Of a stretch of 64,000 bases of DNA, positions 55,805-64,000 are shown piece after piece. Each line of letters opens with the position of its first letter. The first letter of the stretch is position 1. The DNA lies in contig CAVYNH010000005.1 in the NCBI GenBank assembly GCA_963769885.1, positions 1-64,000 of the forward strand. Direction: 5' to 3'. Made by a program: the position numbers and the translations under genes. A model generated the notes under the pieces. It was given only the letters and a program-made list of their open reading frames with translations, made no database searches and had not been told where the DNA came from. This DNA comes from Methanobacteriota archaeon. GTDB lineage: Archaea; Thermoplasmatota; E2; DHVEG-1.

Positions 55805-56911
55805 TCATGGTCGTTGGCGGAGGGTGGCGATCAAATCCAGGAGTCGCTGGAGGAGGTTAGGCTGGGAGCTGTGCTTGCCGATATTGATGAACTCCAGCGT
55901 TGTGATGTTACCTATGTTGTAGGGCTGGTGGACCTTATCGCCACGGAGGTGGAGCGGCCAGCTGGGCCGGTCTCGGGGTGTTCGTAGGGGGAGTGGTTCA
56001 CCGTTGATGGTGTTGGTGACGAGGTAGCCGGAGTCGTTTGCGATGCTGGCAGCCTTGAAGCTGACGACGAAGTCGTCGCCGGCTGTGAGTCGTATCTTGT
56101 ATCCTTTTTCAACGAGACTCATGTTGAGTGAGGTCGTTTCATTGTCGAAGTCGTCGATCATAGCGGCAAGGCGCCAGAGCGGGATGCCGTGCCAGGTGTT
56201 GTCCCCATCAGACCAGCCCAGGCCATAGGCGGTGACGAGAGCCTCAAATTCACGACGATGGATGACGCGAGAGACGAGGCCATGCATAGTCAGCGACCAG
56301 TCTCGGATGGACGATGTGATCCTGACTGTGGTGTTAGCAATGGATGTTGCTCCATCATTGTCGGTTGCCTGGGCTTGGATTGTGTAGTTACCCTCGATGT
56401 CGAAGCGGTGGAACAGGCTGGCATTCGTTTCGTTGATGGCTGATCCGTTGATCTGCCAGTGGTATTCGACGATGCTTCCATCGGGGTCCGTCGCGTTAGC
56501 ATTGAAGAGAATTTGGAGTGGTGGTTCTCCAGCCGTCTGATTTGCCTGTACTTGGATGTTTGGGGGGCGGTTGAGGACATGGATGGTTTTATTTTGATAG
56601 AGTACGGTGCCGTTGAAAAGCGTCAGTGAGGCGACGACAGCGTAGGTGCCGTAATAATAGGTATGCGATGATAGTGGCTCGCTTGTGGTCCCTCCGTCCC
56701 CATATTGGATGATGAGGCTGCTGTTGCCTTGATCGGTGACAAGAGTCTGGATGCTCACGGTTAATGGCTGGTAGCCAGTCTCAGCACTGATTACGAGACT
56801 GAGGCGGGGAACGGCGGGTTGGGTCTTGGGGGGTGGCGAGGTTTCAAGACAGCCGCTGAGCACTAGGCAACAGACGCAGGGGAGTAAAGCAAAGCACCAT
56901 TTTCGATTCAT
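55805..56911 (-). CDS. PKD-domain lipoprotein with a C-terminal domain of the molybdopterin-oxidoreductase-like fold type
   Basis: LSGC lipobox, DPDGSIVEYHW PKD, WHGIPLWRL...TAGDDF. Confidence 0.7.
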   Translation of the reverse strand: MNRKWCFALLPCVCCLVLSGCLETSPPPKTQPAVPRLSLVISAETGYQPLTVSIQTLVTDQGNSSLIIQYGDGGTTSEPLSSHTYYYGTYAVVASLTLFNGTVLYQNKTIHVLNRPPNIQVQANQTAGEPPLQILFNANATDPDGSIVEYHWQINGSAINETNASLFHRFDIEGNYTIQAQATDNDGATSIANTTVRITSSIRDWSLTMHGLVSRVIHRREFEALVTAYGLGWSDGDNTWHGIPLWRLAAMIDDFDNETTSLNMSLVEKGYKIRLTAGDDFVVSFKAASIANDSGYLVTNTINGEPLPLRTPRDRPSWPLHLRGDKVHQPYNIGNITTLEFINIGKHSSQPNLLQRLLDLIATLRQRP

Positions 56912-56932
56912 TTTACTCGTATCACAAGTGTC

Positions 56933-57346
56933 TTAATGTAGTTCAAGGGAGGAGCAGATACCGCAGAGTCGGATTCGTCCACCGATGGTCTTCTTGACGG
57001 CCCACTGGAGGTATCCAGGGGCGATCCCCTTAAAATCCTGCATATAGAGTCTCACCGGTTCTGATGTGATCGTGGGTCGACCATTGATGATCATTAACGT
57101 GGTTCCCGTAAACCCAAAGGAGACCCATGCATCCCCAGTCTGAAACCATAAGGGGGTGAAATGCAATCCAGCAGAGCAGCCGAACAAAGTGCATCGTCCG
57201 GCAGCATAAACAAGATAGATGCCCTTCGAGGATGAATGTGGCATCTTTTCGTTGTAATGAAGGGGCTCAGCGGCGATTACCGTCGTCGTCAATAAGCTGA
57301 AAATAAGCAGGGAAACTAGAACGCCTCTCGTCTGCATAGATATCAA
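56933..57346 (-). CDS. Secreted hypothetical protein
   Basis: Signal peptide, 137 aa. Confidence 0.65.
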   Translation of the reverse strand: MISMQTRGVLVSLLIFSLLTTTVIAAEPLHYNEKMPHSSSKGIYLVYAAGRCTLFGCSAGLHFTPLWFQTGDAWVSFGFTGTTLMIINGRPTITSEPVRLYMQDFKGIAPGYLQWAVKKTIGGRIRLCGICSSLELH

Positions 57347-57450
57347 AAACTAGGAACAATACCCATTCTTATATATTTTTTCACAACAATTTAAACGTTT
57401 TGTTGACTTTCTCTCTCGATGTCTTTAAAGCGAAATTTGATTTACTGGGA

Positions 57451-58180
57451 TATGAGTATGAACAGATTTCTTGACCGAATCAGAAAAGATCTTCGTGAAC
57501 AAGCAGACGAGAAGACATACCAAAGCTTCCAGCGGTTCTTCAAGGAACCCATGAAATGCTACGGTGTAAAAACCGGCACGGTCAATACCATTGCCAGGAG
57601 ACATTATCCTGAGGTTAAACAGTGTTCGAAGAAAGAGATCTATACTCATTGTGAAGCCTTGTATGCATCGGGCTTCACTGAGGAGGCATTTGTCGCCAAC
57701 ATCCTCCTCCCTCGTTTTATTAGACTGTTTGAAAAAACAGATCTGAAGATTTTCAAACAATGGATCGAGACGTATATCGATAATTGGGCGAAATGCGACG
57801 GGTTCTGCAATCATACCATTGGCGATTTCGTTAGAAAATATCCAGACACGGTCCAGGAGCTTAAACACTGGACAAGTTCACCAAATCGATGGCTTCGACG
57901 TGCGGCGGCTGTCAGCCTCATCGTCCCAGCGAAGAAGGGTGATTTCCTCCATGACGCCTTTGAAATCGCGGATCAACTCCTCCTCGATGAAGATGATATG
58001 GTCCAGAAGGGATATGGCTGGCTCCTCAAAGAAGAGAGCAGGATGCATCCAAAGGAGGTTTTTGACTACATCCTTTGCACCAAGGACCGGATGCCCCGGA
58101 CGGCGCTGCGCTACGCGATAGAGCTGCTCCCTACAGACTGGCGGCAGCAGGCGATGAAAAAAGAAAGGAAAAAAGAGTGA
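57451..58180 (+). CDS. DNA alkylation repair protein (AlkD-like HEAT repeat)
   Basis: YGVKT, IDNWAKCD, WLRRAA, DMVQKGYGWLLKE, RYAIE. Start uncertain (57419-57457). Confidence 0.88.
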
Positions 58181-58189
58181 AGGGGTTTC

Positions 58190-59668
58190 TTAAGAGGGGA
58201 GAATCTTCACGAAGATGAGGAAGACCTGTGTCTGGACGGACTTTGTAACATTGCCGACCGTCACCGACAGCGTCACGGGTTTCCCGAAACCGAAGATGAG
58301 GTTCGAGCGAACAACCGTGTAATCGTAGGGGTAAATGTTCACGGTGCCCGTGTTCTTCCGTCCGAGGATTATGAGGCCGCCTTGGAAATTGATGCTGTAG
58401 TTTAGGGTGAGGTTCTGCGGGCTGTTGTTCCGCACGCGAGCGAAAACGGTGAAGAACCCGCCTTCGATGGAGCTGATCTCCAGGAGTGAGCCGAAGCAGT
58501 AGAGATGGTGGTCGTTTGAGCCGACGAAGACCTTACCGTCGGCAATCGCCGGTGAGGAGGCGAAGTAGTCCCCGCCCGTGAAGTTCCAGAGCTTGGTGCC
58601 GTTGTCGGCATCGAAGCAGTAGAAGCTGTTGTCCTGGCAGGTGCCGACGTAGACCTTGCCGTCGGCGACGGCGGGTGAGGAGTAGACGGCGCCGTTGAGT
58701 GTGCGGTTCCAGATGATGTCCCCGTTCGAGGCGTTCAGGCAGAAGAAGCCGCCCTGCGGCGTCCAGTCGACGCCGATGTAGACCTTGCCGCCAGCGACTG
58801 CCGGCGTAGCGAAGATCGCGCCGAGCGTTCCTGATCCGATGTCCTTCTTCCAGAGCTGCACGCCGGTATCGGCGTTAAGGCAGTAGACAGAGTGGCCCCA
58901 GGAACCGAAGTAGACCTTGCCGTTGACGATGGTGGGACTGGAGTAGATGATCATGCCGGTGGTGAAGTTCCAGAGGTGGGCGCCGGTGGTGGCGTTCAGG
59001 CAGTACATCTTGGCGTCCATGGAGCCGATATAGACCTTGCCATTGGTGACGGCAGGCGAGCACCAGACGAAGCCGCCGGTCGTGAAGTTCCAGAGGTCGC
59101 CGCCGGTGGTGGCGTCGAGGCAGTAGAGTTTGTTGTCGCTTGAGCCGATGTAGAGGCGGTTGTTGACGATGGTGGGGCTGGAGTAGACCATGCCGCCGGT
59201 GGTGTGGTTCCAGATTTGTGCGCCGGTACTGGCGTTGAGGCAGTAGATGTTCTTGTCTTTGGAACCGATGTAGACTTTGTTATTGATGATGGCGGGTGAG
59301 GAGTAGGGGATGAAGTCTGCTTCGGTGAATTTCCAGAGGAGGGCGCCGTCTGCTTCTCGGACGCAGAAGACGGAGCTCGTGTTGTAGGAGGCGCAGTAGA
59401 CTTTGCCGTTGACGATGGCGGGTGAGGAGAGGACTTCTCCGTCGGCCTCGTAGGACCAGAGGACGTTGTTTTTCTCTGGGGCTGTGCCGTTGGCGATGCC
59501 GGTGTGGGTGAGGTCGTGGTGGAACATCGGCCAGGTGGTGTCCTGGGCGAGGGGCGTCTGGAGCCGTAGGTGTTGGGTTGGTCGGGCGGCTGCAGCCGGG
59601 ATGAGCATGGTCAGGGCCAAGATAAGGGTGATGATGGTCTTGTAGGGTGTGTTATAGTGGTTCTTCAT
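58190..59668 (-). CDS. Secreted PQQ-like beta-propeller repeat protein
   Basis: WPMFHHD then about 8 repeats of SSPAI.NGKVY.GS.D..YCL.A.TG..W. Confidence 0.9.
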   Translation of the reverse strand: MKNHYNTPYKTIITLILALTMLIPAAAARPTQHLRLQTPLAQDTTWPMFHHDLTHTGIANGTAPEKNNVLWSYEADGEVLSSPAIVNGKVYCASYNTSSVFCVREADGALLWKFTEADFIPYSSPAIINNKVYIGSKDKNIYCLNASTGAQIWNHTTGGMVYSSPTIVNNRLYIGSSDNKLYCLDATTGGDLWNFTTGGFVWCSPAVTNGKVYIGSMDAKMYCLNATTGAHLWNFTTGMIIYSSPTIVNGKVYFGSWGHSVYCLNADTGVQLWKKDIGSGTLGAIFATPAVAGGKVYIGVDWTPQGGFFCLNASNGDIIWNRTLNGAVYSSPAVADGKVYVGTCQDNSFYCFDADNGTKLWNFTGGDYFASSPAIADGKVFVGSNDHHLYCFGSLLEISSIEGGFFTVFARVRNNSPQNLTLNYSINFQGGLIILGRKNTGTVNIYPYDYTVVRSNLIFGFGKPVTLSVTVGNVTKSVQTQVFLIFVKILPS

Positions 59669-59846
59669 TAGGAGTTCTCCCCCATTGTTAGAACATGAGT
59701 CTGATCTTTATATATAAACTATTTGATTTTATATGGTCTATTGATTATTAATAGATTTTCTCTGTGTTTTGAAGATTGAAAAGTGATTTTTGAGTATTTT
59801 TATAGAAATGGAGACGATCATTGTGTTTCCTGTGGGGATTTGGCTT

Positions 59847-61043
59847 CTAGGCGGTGAGCGGTGTGGGCCGTTTGTAGTCGTATTCCTTGAGGGCATAGCC
59901 CCAGTGGTTCTCGATCTTTGTGAGGTCCTGGGTGGTGAACTGGTAGTGGTCGGTGCGGACGGCCTTCTGGGTGGCGATGTAGTCCTTGAAGGCGGGCTCG
60001 GCGTCTTCGTAGCCGGAGAGGTCGAGTCTCTTGTAGAGGCTGTGGACGGTGTGGAGGGGTTGTTCGAGGAAGCTTTCGTATTTCACCTCGGCGAGGTGGT
60101 GCGGGGGGATGCGCTGTCTGTCTTGGAGGTATTTCTTGGTCGTCTCCGAGAAGAGGGCCGCCATCTGGTCCTCGACCGCGTCGTAGGGAGGCGGGGTCTG
60201 GACGCAGTAGCGGGGGATGACGGTGAGCATGAACTTGCGCATGGACATGAAGAGGTCGTAGGGGCTGCGGTAGAGGTAGATGAATTTGGCGTCCGGGAAC
60301 AGCTCGAGGAGTTGGGGGATCTTGCCGGTGTTGTCCTGGTTTTTCAGGAGGAGCTGCCGTCCTTTGGAGTACAGGGTGAGCTTCTTGAGGAGGGCGAGGT
60401 AGGTGCGTTTCCAGTCGTCGATGGTTCTGGGGGAGGCGTTGGCCATGCAGACGTAGTCGTTGTATTGTGCCATGTTGCGGGGGAAGCACCAGCCGTGGTA
60501 GTAGGAATAGGGGGAGACCGCGCCCAGGGCATATTGGTCCTCCTGGGGGAGGTCGGCGTCCATGTCCGCGTCGTCCATGGGGCGTTTCTTCGGCAGGCTG
60601 GAGACGACGAGGGGCTTGAAAAGCTTCTCGCCGCTGAGGTAGATGGTCGGCAGGTACGCCTGGAAGGTGGAGAAGTAGCCGAACTGCGGGTCGCAGGAGA
60701 GGATATTGTGCAGGTAGGTGGTCCCGCAGCGCCAGAGGCCGATGATGAAGATCGGGTCCTTGGTGATCCGGGTGTCGTCGACTTTTTTGTCGTACTTGAG
60801 CCGCTCGCGGATGTAGAACGGGGTCATGATGCCGCTGAGAGCGATGCTATAGGTGAGCCGGGGGATGTACCGAGGGCTGACGTGGAAGCGGTTCTGGGTG
60901 AGAAGGCGCAGGAGGTTCGGGAGGCTGTACCCTGGGAGTGGCGTGTTTTTGACCATGAGGCAGTCGTCACGCACGTTGAAGTCCACGCTCTCGCATACCT
61001 CCTTATCGTATATAAAATATCTGGTACGGATATCGGCAATCAC
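59847..61043 (-). CDS. PAPS-dependent sulfotransferase family protein
   Basis: 5'-PSB PIFIIGLWRCGTTYLH, 3'-PB FIYLYRSPYDLFMS, VKYESF. Alternative start GTG at 60986. Confidence 0.88.
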   Translation of the reverse strand: MIADIRTRYFIYDKEVCESVDFNVRDDCLMVKNTPLPGYSLPNLLRLLTQNRFHVSPRYIPRLTYSIALSGIMTPFYIRERLKYDKKVDDTRITKDPIFIIGLWRCGTTYLHNILSCDPQFGYFSTFQAYLPTIYLSGEKLFKPLVVSSLPKKRPMDDADMDADLPQEDQYALGAVSPYSYYHGWCFPRNMAQYNDYVCMANASPRTIDDWKRTYLALLKKLTLYSKGRQLLLKNQDNTGKIPQLLELFPDAKFIYLYRSPYDLFMSMRKFMLTVIPRYCVQTPPPYDAVEDQMAALFSETTKKYLQDRQRIPPHHLAEVKYESFLEQPLHTVHSLYKRLDLSGYEDAEPAFKDYIATQKAVRTDHYQFTTQDLTKIENHWGYALKEYDYKRPTPLTA

Positions 61044-62566
61044 CGATTCTTTCGTTTCCAGGATATCGCCAGCGCCCCCGCGGCCAAGGACAGGCCTGCG
61101 GAGATGAAGAACAGCAGGCTGAGGCTTTCCATGAAGATGGGGGCAAACACCGAGGTGAAGGCCGTAAAACTCACCCCCGAGGGAGTAAGACCGAGGAAGA
61201 CGGAGAACAGCGCTGACGCCGCGGGCACTTTACTGAGGGTTGTGCCGGCGAAATTCACTTCCAACGCGATAATCAGGATGGCAAAATAGATTGTCATGCT
61301 CAGCGACTGGGCCACGTTCTGCATCGTCGCCCGCATCCCGGAGGCCACCCCGCGGTTGCTCGCCGGTATCGCGCTCATGACCAGGGACGTGTTAGGCGCA
61401 ACGAACATCCCCGCACCGATCCCCTGGAAGAAAATCGCGGCTGCGAGGAGCGCATAATGCACGTCATAGGGCATGAACGCCATCCATAGGAACGACGCCG
61501 CGATGATGACGCTCCCTACCACCATGAACAGCCGCTGACCATATTTGTCCGACAGGTACCCGCTCAGCGGCCCCATGATAAAGAACCCGGCGGTCATCGG
61601 CAGCATGTAGATCCCCGCCCAGAACGGAGTGGATTCGATGGAATACCCATGGAGCGGCAGCCAGATGCCCTGCAGCCAGATGACCAGCATGAACAGCAAT
61701 CCACCCCGGGCGACTGTGGAGATGAACAGGGAACTGGCGCCAGCGCTGAAGTCGCGGATGCGGAACAGCTCCAGCTTGAACATCGGAGACTTCACGCGAC
61801 GCTCGATGAGGACGAAGGCGCCGATGAGCAGACACCCCAGCACCAACGCGAGAATCACCCAAGGATTCTCATAGCCGAGCTCCGATGCCCCGTACGGGAT
61901 TAGGAAATACGTGACACCCAACAAGATCAGGGTCAGGCCCACGCCGAACGTGATGTTCCCCAGCCAGTCGATCCGCTGCGCCCGCTCAATCGTCCCCAGC
62001 TCCTTGAGGTTGACGTGAGCCCAAATGAATCCGATGATGGCGAAGGGGACGGTCACCCAGAAGATGTACTCCCAGCCGTACGGCGCGATGACCCCGCCCA
62101 TGATGAGGCCGATGAACTGCCCGGCGAGAAACGAGATCTGGTTGATCCCTAGAGCCTTGCCCCGCTCCTTGACCTCGAACGCATCGGTGATGATCGCCGC
62201 GCTGTTCGCGAACAGAAACGCCCCACCCAGCCCCTGGAAGAGCCGGAAGATGATCAGTTCGAGGATATTCTGAGACAAGGCGCAGGCAATCGTGCCGATG
62301 ATAAAAATCAGAAACCCAAGCTTGTACAACCGGACCCGGCCGAAGATATCGGAAAACCGGCCAATCGTCACCAGGATCACCGCGGTGACCAGCCCGTACC
62401 CGGCTATCGTCCACAGCAAGTACGGGAAGTTCGCCGGGTCGGCCGGGTTGATATGCAGCCCACGGAAGATGTCGGGCAGAGAAATCAGGACAATCGTCAT
62501 GTCGATAGAGGCAATCAACGCCCCCAACGACGTGTTCGACAGCACCGTCCACTTGTACTGAACCAT
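61040..62566 (-). CDS. MFS transporter (DHA2/EmrB-QacA-like)
   Basis: GRFSDIFGR motif A, FRLFQGLGG, ERGKALG, about 14 TM. Confidence 0.92.
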   Translation of the reverse strand: MVQYKWTVLSNTSLGALIASIDMTIVLISLPDIFRGLHINPADPANFPYLLWTIAGYGLVTAVILVTIGRFSDIFGRVRLYKLGFLIFIIGTIACALSQNILELIIFRLFQGLGGAFLFANSAAIITDAFEVKERGKALGINQISFLAGQFIGLIMGGVIAPYGWEYIFWVTVPFAIIGFIWAHVNLKELGTIERAQRIDWLGNITFGVGLTLILLGVTYFLIPYGASELGYENPWVILALVLGCLLIGAFVLIERRVKSPMFKLELFRIRDFSAGASSLFISTVARGGLLFMLVIWLQGIWLPLHGYSIESTPFWAGIYMLPMTAGFFIMGPLSGYLSDKYGQRLFMVVGSVIIAASFLWMAFMPYDVHYALLAAAIFFQGIGAGMFVAPNTSLVMSAIPASNRGVASGMRATMQNVAQSLSMTIYFAILIIALEVNFAGTTLSKVPAASALFSVFLGLTPSGVSFTAFTSVFAPIFMESLSLLFFISAGLSLAAGALAISWKRKNR

Positions 62567-62584
62567 GAGGACACCCTGAAACTT

Positions 62585-62610
62585 GCTGAGAGATTACGCT
62601 GAGAGATTAC
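62585..62610. repeat. Perfect 13-bp tandem repeat GCTGAGAGATTAC x2 upstream of the MFS gene
   Basis: Read directly from the sequence. Confidence 0.8.
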
Positions 62611-62720
62611 CACCGGGTAGCCCTGTGGAATTCAAATACTTTGGGTTTCTGATCACTCCCGCGATTCCAGCCAATCGGTCATGAAGCAGGGGATGGGCAT
62701 GCCGACGAAAGCTTTTAAGC

Positions 62721-63383
62721 ATGGCCTCTATCAAGTCCCCCATGGATGGTCGCATGGGACAGCGCATGCCTCTTGACGTACCCTACGTGCGTCAGACGCA
62801 GAGCGCCACCTGCGGCCCCGCCTGCTTGATGATGGTCCTGAAATATTGGGATCCTTCTTTCGTACTTTCTCCACGTGTCGAATACCGCCTCTGGTGGAAG
62901 AGCTTCTCGCTGGTATTCTTCGGCGGGACGCTGCCCGGCGGTTTGGCAGCAGCTGCCCACGCCTATGGCTTTCGAAGCGAAATCTGCCGCAAGACGCCCT
63001 GGGCCTCATGCTACCCCAAGGCAACCCGACTTGTTGGCCTCCTTGATGACTGGACGTTGGCCCGGGCACGCCGTCAGCACATCCCCATCACCTACGGAAG
63101 GGAAAACGACACCGTCGCCCGAGAGGCCCTAAACCAGGGAATCCCGCCAATCGTCATGGTGAACCTGAAGCCGCTCATCGGCGAGAACGTCTTCCACTGG
63201 ATCGTCCTCACCGGCCTCGATGATGACACCGCCTACATCAACGACCCCTACGTCCCTGCAGGATCCCCAAGCAAGATGAAGAAGAACCACCCCGTCCCCC
63301 TAGACCTCTTTGGACAGGCGATGGCGACCGACACCTACCGGCATCTCCGACTCCCGCCAACCATCGTCCTCGTCCACAAATAA
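62721..63383 (+). CDS. Peptidase C39-like (DUF3335-type) protein
   Basis: QTQSATCGPACLMM, GLAAAA...GF, HWIVLTG, INDP (Cys-His-Asp). Confidence 0.8.
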   Translation: MASIKSPMDGRMGQRMPLDVPYVRQTQSATCGPACLMMVLKYWDPSFVLSPRVEYRLWWKSFSLVFFGGTLPGGLAAAAHAYGFRSEICRKTPWASCYPKATRLVGLLDDWTLARARRQHIPITYGRENDTVAREALNQGIPPIVMVNLKPLIGENVFHWIVLTGLDDDTAYINDPYVPAGSPSKMKKNHPVPLDLFGQAMATDTYRHLRLPPTIVLVHK

Positions 63384-63434
63384 CAAAATGGGGGTACCAA
63401 GCTTCTAATAGCCCCACGGGCATTGAGCACAACG

Positions 63435-64000
63435 ATGCGCATCCTCATCACCGACGAGCTCAGCCTCAGCACCATCCTCTCCCCCGCCCACCGCTCCTTC
63501 CTCTACACCTTCTCCTTTATGCCCACCGTCATCACCGCCCGTCAGCTCGCCGCCGTCACCCCACCCCACCACCAGGTCACGATCCTCGAAGGCAGCCGCA
63601 CCCCCGACCCCACCATCCACTTCGATGTCGTCCACATCAACTTCAAGACCGCCCTCGCCCCCCGCGCCTACCAGATCGCCGACCGCTATCGCTCCCATGA
63701 GACCACCGTCATCCTCAGCGGCTACCACCCCACCGCCCTCCCCCAAGAGGCGGCCCAGCACGCCGACAGCGTCCTCATCGGTGACGCCACCACGCTGTGG
63801 CCCCGCGTCATCACCGACCTCGAGCACCATACTCTAAAACCAACCTACACCACCACCCCCTCCGACCGCCTCCTCCTCCCCTCCACCCGCGACGTGCACC
63901 TCTACGGCATCCAACTCTCCGCCTCCATCGAAGCCACCCGCGGCTGCCCCCACCGCTGCGACTTCTGCCAAGACTCCAACATCAGAGAAGGCGACCTCTT
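63435..64000 (+). CDS. B12-binding radical SAM protein, runs off the window edge
   Basis: Manual translation: MRILITDE...APRAYQIAD...VILSGYHPTALPQEAAQHADSVLIGDA...EATRGCPHRCDFC. Confidence 0.88.
   Translation, partial: MRILITDELSLSTILSPAHRSFLYTFSFMPTVITARQLAAVTPPHHQVTILEGSRTPDPTIHFDVVHINFKTALAPRAYQIADRYRSHETTVILSGYHPTALPQEAAQHADSVLIGDATTLWPRVITDLEHHTLKPTYTTTPSDRLLLPSTRDVHLYGIQLSASIEATRGCPHRCDFCQDSNIREGDL

Overview
The window appears to join two unrelated segments at about 7139. Bases 1-7139 are a bacterial (Desulfobacterota/Deltaproteobacteria-like) signalling locus: a GGDEF gene, PAS and hybrid histidine kinases, receiver genes, two sigma-54 promoters, an attenuator-like leader, nested miniature inverted-repeat elements and several decayed duplicates. 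Bases 7140-64000 are archaeal (TFB, archaeal AbrB-PhoU regulator, COG1361 S-layer-type protein, smc-scpA-scpB, PKD and PQQ-repeat surface proteins), most consistent with a Thermoplasmatota sediment lineage (inferred from gene content only). The two strongest candidates for new systems are in the archaeal part. (1) A tightly coupled, luciferase-free operon encoding a Fe-S/FAD oxidoreductase, LuxE, SCP2 and LuxC, next to a tandem Lrp/AsnC regulator (19494-25799). (2) A four-gene, about 11 kb operon of secreted modular proteins that all share one unassigned ~145-aa module, only one of which has a membrane anchor (7917-18784). Other content: a class-I GAPDH remnant, ferredoxin, two MacB/LolD-type ABC systems, UDG-DUF72, B12 radical SAM enzymes, Dus, a divergent Pit/Pst phosphate locus with arsC, an AlkD-like gene, and a sulfotransferase-MFS pair divergent from a C39-like peptidase and radical SAM gene. 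I found no rRNA, tRNA or CRISPR array. All family calls come from recognising motifs by eye, not from database searches.
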